Shown: one piece after another, positions 8,768-11,666 of the stretch
How positions within the stretch are numbered: the stretch's first letter is position 1
Layout of the letters: every line of letters starts with the position of its first letter
Source: a virus
Taxonomy: Duplodnaviria; Heunggongvirae; Uroviricota; Caudoviricetes
Virus record (IMG/VR): IMGVR_UViG_2700989428_000001
Direction: 5' to 3' (one strand)
Length of the DNA: 11,666 bases
Translations under genes and position numbers: made by a program
The notes under the pieces: model-generated
Database searches by the model: none
Told to the model about the DNA's origin: nothing
What the model saw: only the letters and a program-made list of their open reading frames with translations

Positions 8768-9040
8768 TCAGTGCTTCCGGCTGACGGTGATGTGCAGGCC
8801 GCCTTCTGCAGTGGTTTCCATCCGGTACGGCACCTCATGCTCTGCCGTGTGGGTGAGTGTGTTCATCAGTACCTGCAGGGCAGCCTCCTTTCCGTTGGTC
8901 GCCACAATGGCCTGTGTGGCCATGCTGATTAGCGCCGTCAGGACGTGCTTCACATCGGTGAGGTCGCGGCATTCACACTCGTTGACATAGTGTTCAACAA
9001 GAGTTCGGGTGCGCTGTCGTGCTTCCTGTGGGGTAATCAT
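8768..9040 (-). CDS. hypothetical protein, 90 aa
   Basis: MITPQEARQRTRTLVEHYVNECECRDLTDVKHVLTALISMATQ.... GGGAGG is 7 nt upstream, and the ATG overlaps the upstream stop as ATGA. Confidence 0.45.
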   Translation of the reverse strand: MITPQEARQRTRTLVEHYVNECECRDLTDVKHVLTALISMATQAIVATNGKEAALQVLMNTLTHTAEHEVPYRMETTAEGGLHITVSRKH

Positions 9041-9231
9041 TGCGCGTCCTCCCTGTCAGGGCGGGAGAATTCCATGACGGGCACGTCCGCCGAAAAATGC
9101 TGGCTGCAGTACGGGCAGACCAGGGTGACACGTACTGCAGGTATGTGATACTTACCGGACATCACGGCGATGGCGCTGTGAAAACGCAGGGCTGTTATAT
9201 CCCTCTCGCACTGAATACATTTAAATATCAT
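9037..9231 (-). CDS. small zinc-ribbon-like protein, 64 aa (CxxC ... CxxC)
   Basis: MIFKCIQCERDITALRFHSAIAVMSGKYHIPAVRVTLVCPYCSQHF..., with Cys pairs CIQC and CPYC about 30 residues apart. Strong SD GAGGAG with a 9-nt spacer. Confidence 0.45.
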   Translation of the reverse strand: MIFKCIQCERDITALRFHSAIAVMSGKYHIPAVRVTLVCPYCSQHFSADVPVMEFSRPDREDAQ

Positions 9232-9251
9232 AATTTAATTCTCCTCTGTTT

Positions 9252-9284
9252 CCGGCGTGCAGAAGCCCGCGGCGCTGACGCCGG
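9252..9284. other. GC-rich hairpin in the only sizeable intergenic gap of the phage operon (between gam and the zinc-ribbon ORF)
   Basis: 7-bp stem ccggcgt (9252-9258) / acgccgg (9278-9284) with a further paired inner segment. It is flanked by AT-rich sequence and is not a canonical terminator in either orientation. Confidence 0.3.
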
Positions 9285-9328
9285 AATAAAAAAGAAAATG
9301 TTTTTATTAAATAATTAACGTGGTGTGT

Positions 9329-9859
9329 TTACTGCACATCCTGCTCAAAAGGAATTATTGAAAAATCCTCAATATCACTTTTTATGGTAATACCGGGAAT
9401 ATTTTTCACAGCCTCTTTTTCATTCAGAATGGCATCTTTATTTATTTCCTCCTTTACACGAATAAAGCGCTCAAGCCCCAGACGTCTCAGCAGTTCAATG
9501 ACATTATCCGCCCCGCGAATGCTGACTGACGGCGGACGGTTTCGCCACTGCACCTCGCCGGTGGTGAGGTTAGCGAACTTCACCTTCCCGTTGCCGGTCA
9601 GTTCATCACGGTGCGCCTCACACCATGTCTGGATACCGGACTGCAGTTCGGCCATGCGTTTTTTCAGGCTCTCGGTGAGCGGGGCATAACGTGCAGTGAT
9701 GTCGCCAATGGTGTCATTCATTTCTGTTTCAGCCCTGACCAGTTCACGTTGCGCGTCACCAAGCAGTCTGATTCCCTCAATGACCTCTTCGCGTGTCCCC
9801 GGCACCCAGAGTGCTGCTGCGGCTTTGATACGTTTTGCCCCTTTTGTACTTTTTGCCAT
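9329..9859 (-). CDS. gam: Gam-like host-nuclease inhibitor protein (Mu Gam family, DNA-end binding)
   Basis: 176 codons: MAKSTKGAKRIKAAAALWVPGTREEVIEGIRLLGDAQRELVRAETEMNDTIGDITARYAP...SVSIRGADNVIELLRRLGLERFIRVKEEINKDAILNEKEAVKNIPGITIKSDIEDFSIIPFEQ. This closely matches the Mu Gam family as I recall it. GGAGGAG 9 nt upstream. Confidence 0.8.
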   Translation of the reverse strand: MAKSTKGAKRIKAAAALWVPGTREEVIEGIRLLGDAQRELVRAETEMNDTIGDITARYAPLTESLKKRMAELQSGIQTWCEAHRDELTGNGKVKFANLTTGEVQWRNRPPSVSIRGADNVIELLRRLGLERFIRVKEEINKDAILNEKEAVKNIPGITIKSDIEDFSIIPFEQDVQ

Positions 9860-9886
9860 ATTTTATGACTCCTCCTGTTGTGCTGA

Positions 9887-10156
9887 TTACCACAAAGATT
9901 CCGGCCACACGACGCGACAGCCGTGCAGTTCGAAAACGCCCTGACGGAAATGTCCCCTGTGGTCATGACCGGTATACAGATAACAGGCCTTTCCCTGCTC
10001 AAGCATGCGCATGCAATGCGCACTCCGGGAAACGCGGATGACAGGTTTGTTACCCCTGATGGTGATGCTTTGTACATCCGTGTTCGTCGCCTTAAGCGCC
10101 ATAATGGCTGACTGCACTTTGCTGATTTGCTGGTTGATACCTGTGGTGGATTTCAT
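9887..10156 (-). CDS. hypothetical protein, 89 aa, in the position of Mu kil (between B and gam); His/Cys-rich C-terminal half
   Basis: MKSTTGINQQISKVQSAIMALKATNTDVQSITIRGNKPVIRVSRSAHCMRMLEQGKACYLYTGHDHRGHFRQGVFELHGCRVVW. It starts 2 nt after the B-like stop. Function is unknown. Confidence 0.45.
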   Translation of the reverse strand: MKSTTGINQQISKVQSAIMALKATNTDVQSITIRGNKPVIRVSRSAHCMRMLEQGKACYLYTGHDHRGHFRQGVFELHGCRVVWPESLW

Positions 10157-10158
10157 TA

Positions 10159-11325
10159 TTAAACCCCTTTGACAACGTCAGCGTTGACCTGTGGAACCCC
10201 GATTTCAGCGGCCAGATTCATGGCGGCTATTACCAGGTTACTGACGGCCAGCGGATACAGCAGGCTGACCATATTTTTACGATGACTTCCCGGATTGCTC
10301 AGGCGGGCACGTATGGCATCCACTGCGCTGGCGTCCATAATGTCCGTCAGTTGTTTACCGGCCCGTTGCAGTTTGAACGTCAGAAACTCTTCAAGGTTAT
10401 TGTCCAGAGGCAGAAGTTCGACCACCTCACAGCGCTGAACGACTTCACGGACTTCCATATTGCGTTCAGACAGTTTTGTCGCCAGTTCCGGCTGGCCAAT
10501 CAGCACGATGGACAGCAGTTTTTTGAAACCGGACTCCAGCTCAAAAAAGCGTTTGAGGTGTTTCAGTGTCGGAATGGGCAGACTGTGGGCCTCCTCAATC
10601 ACCAGAACGTGGCTGAACCCCGCCTGGCTGCTGTCTTTCAGGACGCGATGCAACTGGCGAAAGCGGGCGTCCTGACTGCGTCTGATGCTTTCCAGTGGTG
10701 CGATGGTACTGATAATGGCTTCGGCAATCGCTGCTGCCTTCAGGGTTTTCCCTTTCACATCGTTGTCTTCCATAGCGATGATGTATGGCTCGATAACAAT
10801 TACCGGCGCATTCTCGCGGTTGATACGTTCAGTCAGGTCGCGGCGCAGCGTGGATTTACCCGCACCGGACTCACCGATGACGGCCATAAACCCACCATGA
10901 CGGGCTGTCTGGTACAACGCCTCACGCACGTAGCGAATATCCGGGGTGGTGAACACATCATCAGAACCCTGCATGGCTTCGTCGGCGAACGGGTCACGGA
11001 AAAGACCAAACGCTTTTTTGGTTGCTGGAAATAACACCTGTTTTTTGAGTAACATATTCTCTTCCTCACTGAGGCTCGTTTTATCTGTGGTACCCGCTGT
11101 ACGGGGCGTGGCCGCGCCCTGTACAGCATCAAAACTCTTCGTTGTATCAATCCCCTGACTTTCCAGCCAGGACGCAAGACGCCGGCGCACTTCTCCGGGG
11201 CTGGTGCGGGGCCACGCGTTATGATTCACAATCTGGGCCAGCGTGGCCTCAGAAACATCGACAGCTCTCGCCACCACCGCCTGTGGAATACGGGCCTCTT
11301 TCAGTTGCTGCTTCAGTACCAGCAT
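10159..11325 (-). CDS. Mu B-like transposition ATPase (AAA+ target-DNA activator) with N-terminal HTH-like segment
   Basis: Walker A GESGAGKS, Walker B-like hhhhIEEAH (HVLVIEEAHSL), and an N-terminal IPQAVVARAVDVSEATLAQIV HTH-like stretch. ATG at 11325 is preferred because GGAGG lies 5 nt upstream; the six-frame track starts at a GTG at 11364. It directly follows a transposase-like ORF. Confidence 0.7.
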   Translation of the reverse strand: MLVLKQQLKEARIPQAVVARAVDVSEATLAQIVNHNAWPRTSPGEVRRRLASWLESQGIDTTKSFDAVQGAATPRTAGTTDKTSLSEEENMLLKKQVLFPATKKAFGLFRDPFADEAMQGSDDVFTTPDIRYVREALYQTARHGGFMAVIGESGAGKSTLRRDLTERINRENAPVIVIEPYIIAMEDNDVKGKTLKAAAIAEAIISTIAPLESIRRSQDARFRQLHRVLKDSSQAGFSHVLVIEEAHSLPIPTLKHLKRFFELESGFKKLLSIVLIGQPELATKLSERNMEVREVVQRCEVVELLPLDNNLEEFLTFKLQRAGKQLTDIMDASAVDAIRARLSNPGSHRKNMVSLLYPLAVSNLVIAAMNLAAEIGVPQVNADVVKGV

Positions 11326-11335
11326 GTTTCCCTCC

Positions 11336-11666
11336 TCAGTTGCCGTTAACAATGCTGATAACACTGCTGCGGGCCGGTGTGGTCAGCGTGGCCATGACTT
11401 CATCCAGTGCGGCTTCCGGTACGCCGTCCGGGTACTGTGCCGTTAACTGGCGGTAATGTTCCGGCGTCCAGGTAAGGCCGTCGGCGCTGAACTTATCGCG
11501 CAGGGCTTTCGCGGCCTCCACATGAGTCATGGGACGTTGTTCAGTGCGCGGCCCGCGTACGTCAGAGGCCTGACCACGCTTCGGCATATAGGCCGGAAGT
11601 GTGGTGTCGTCGATATGTTTATACGGGTCAAGCCGCCCGCCGAACGGCAGCGCCTTCGCCTTGCTT
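11336..11666 (-). CDS. C-terminal ~110 codons of an upstream gene, probably Mu A-like DDE transposase (partial; 5' end beyond window)
   Basis: The frame is open from the window edge to the TGA at 11336-11338 (...LDPYKHIDDTTLPAYMPKRGQASDVRGPRTEQRPMTHVEAAKALRDKF...SVISIVNGN*). The call rests on position immediately upstream of the B-like gene; no catalytic motifs are visible in this fragment. Confidence 0.45.
   Translation of the reverse strand, partial: SKAKALPFGGRLDPYKHIDDTTLPAYMPKRGQASDVRGPRTEQRPMTHVEAAKALRDKFSADGLTWTPEHYRQLTAQYPDGVPEAALDEVMATLTTPARSSVISIVNGN

Overview
The window is an Enterobacterial (E. coli-type) mel-adi chromosomal locus joined to the early region of a Mu-like transposable prophage. 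Host part (1-6155): melA 5' portion (minus strand), divergent melR, then adiA, adiY and adiC on the plus strand, i.e. the arginine-dependent acid resistance (AR3) cluster. Two lesions stand out: adiA carries a 29-bp imperfect tandem duplication that shifts the frame, and adiC stops being adiC after codon 168 at position 6155/6156. From 6156 to the window end everything is on the minus strand and reads like Mu-like early/semi-essential genes: transposase C-terminus, B-like AAA+ ATPase, a small protein, Gam, a tightly coupled cassette of seven small ORFs of unknown function (including a MazG-like one), a GemA-like protein and a Mor/C-like activator. The Mor-like gene sits about 160 bp from the host junction with no late genes and no recognisable Mu-type terminus between them, so this is a truncated prophage remnant, a rearrangement or an assembly misjoin. 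The adiA-adiY spacer also holds two adjacent tandem-repeat arrays. All family assignments come from reading the translations and from recalled knowledge of these proteins; no database search was run.
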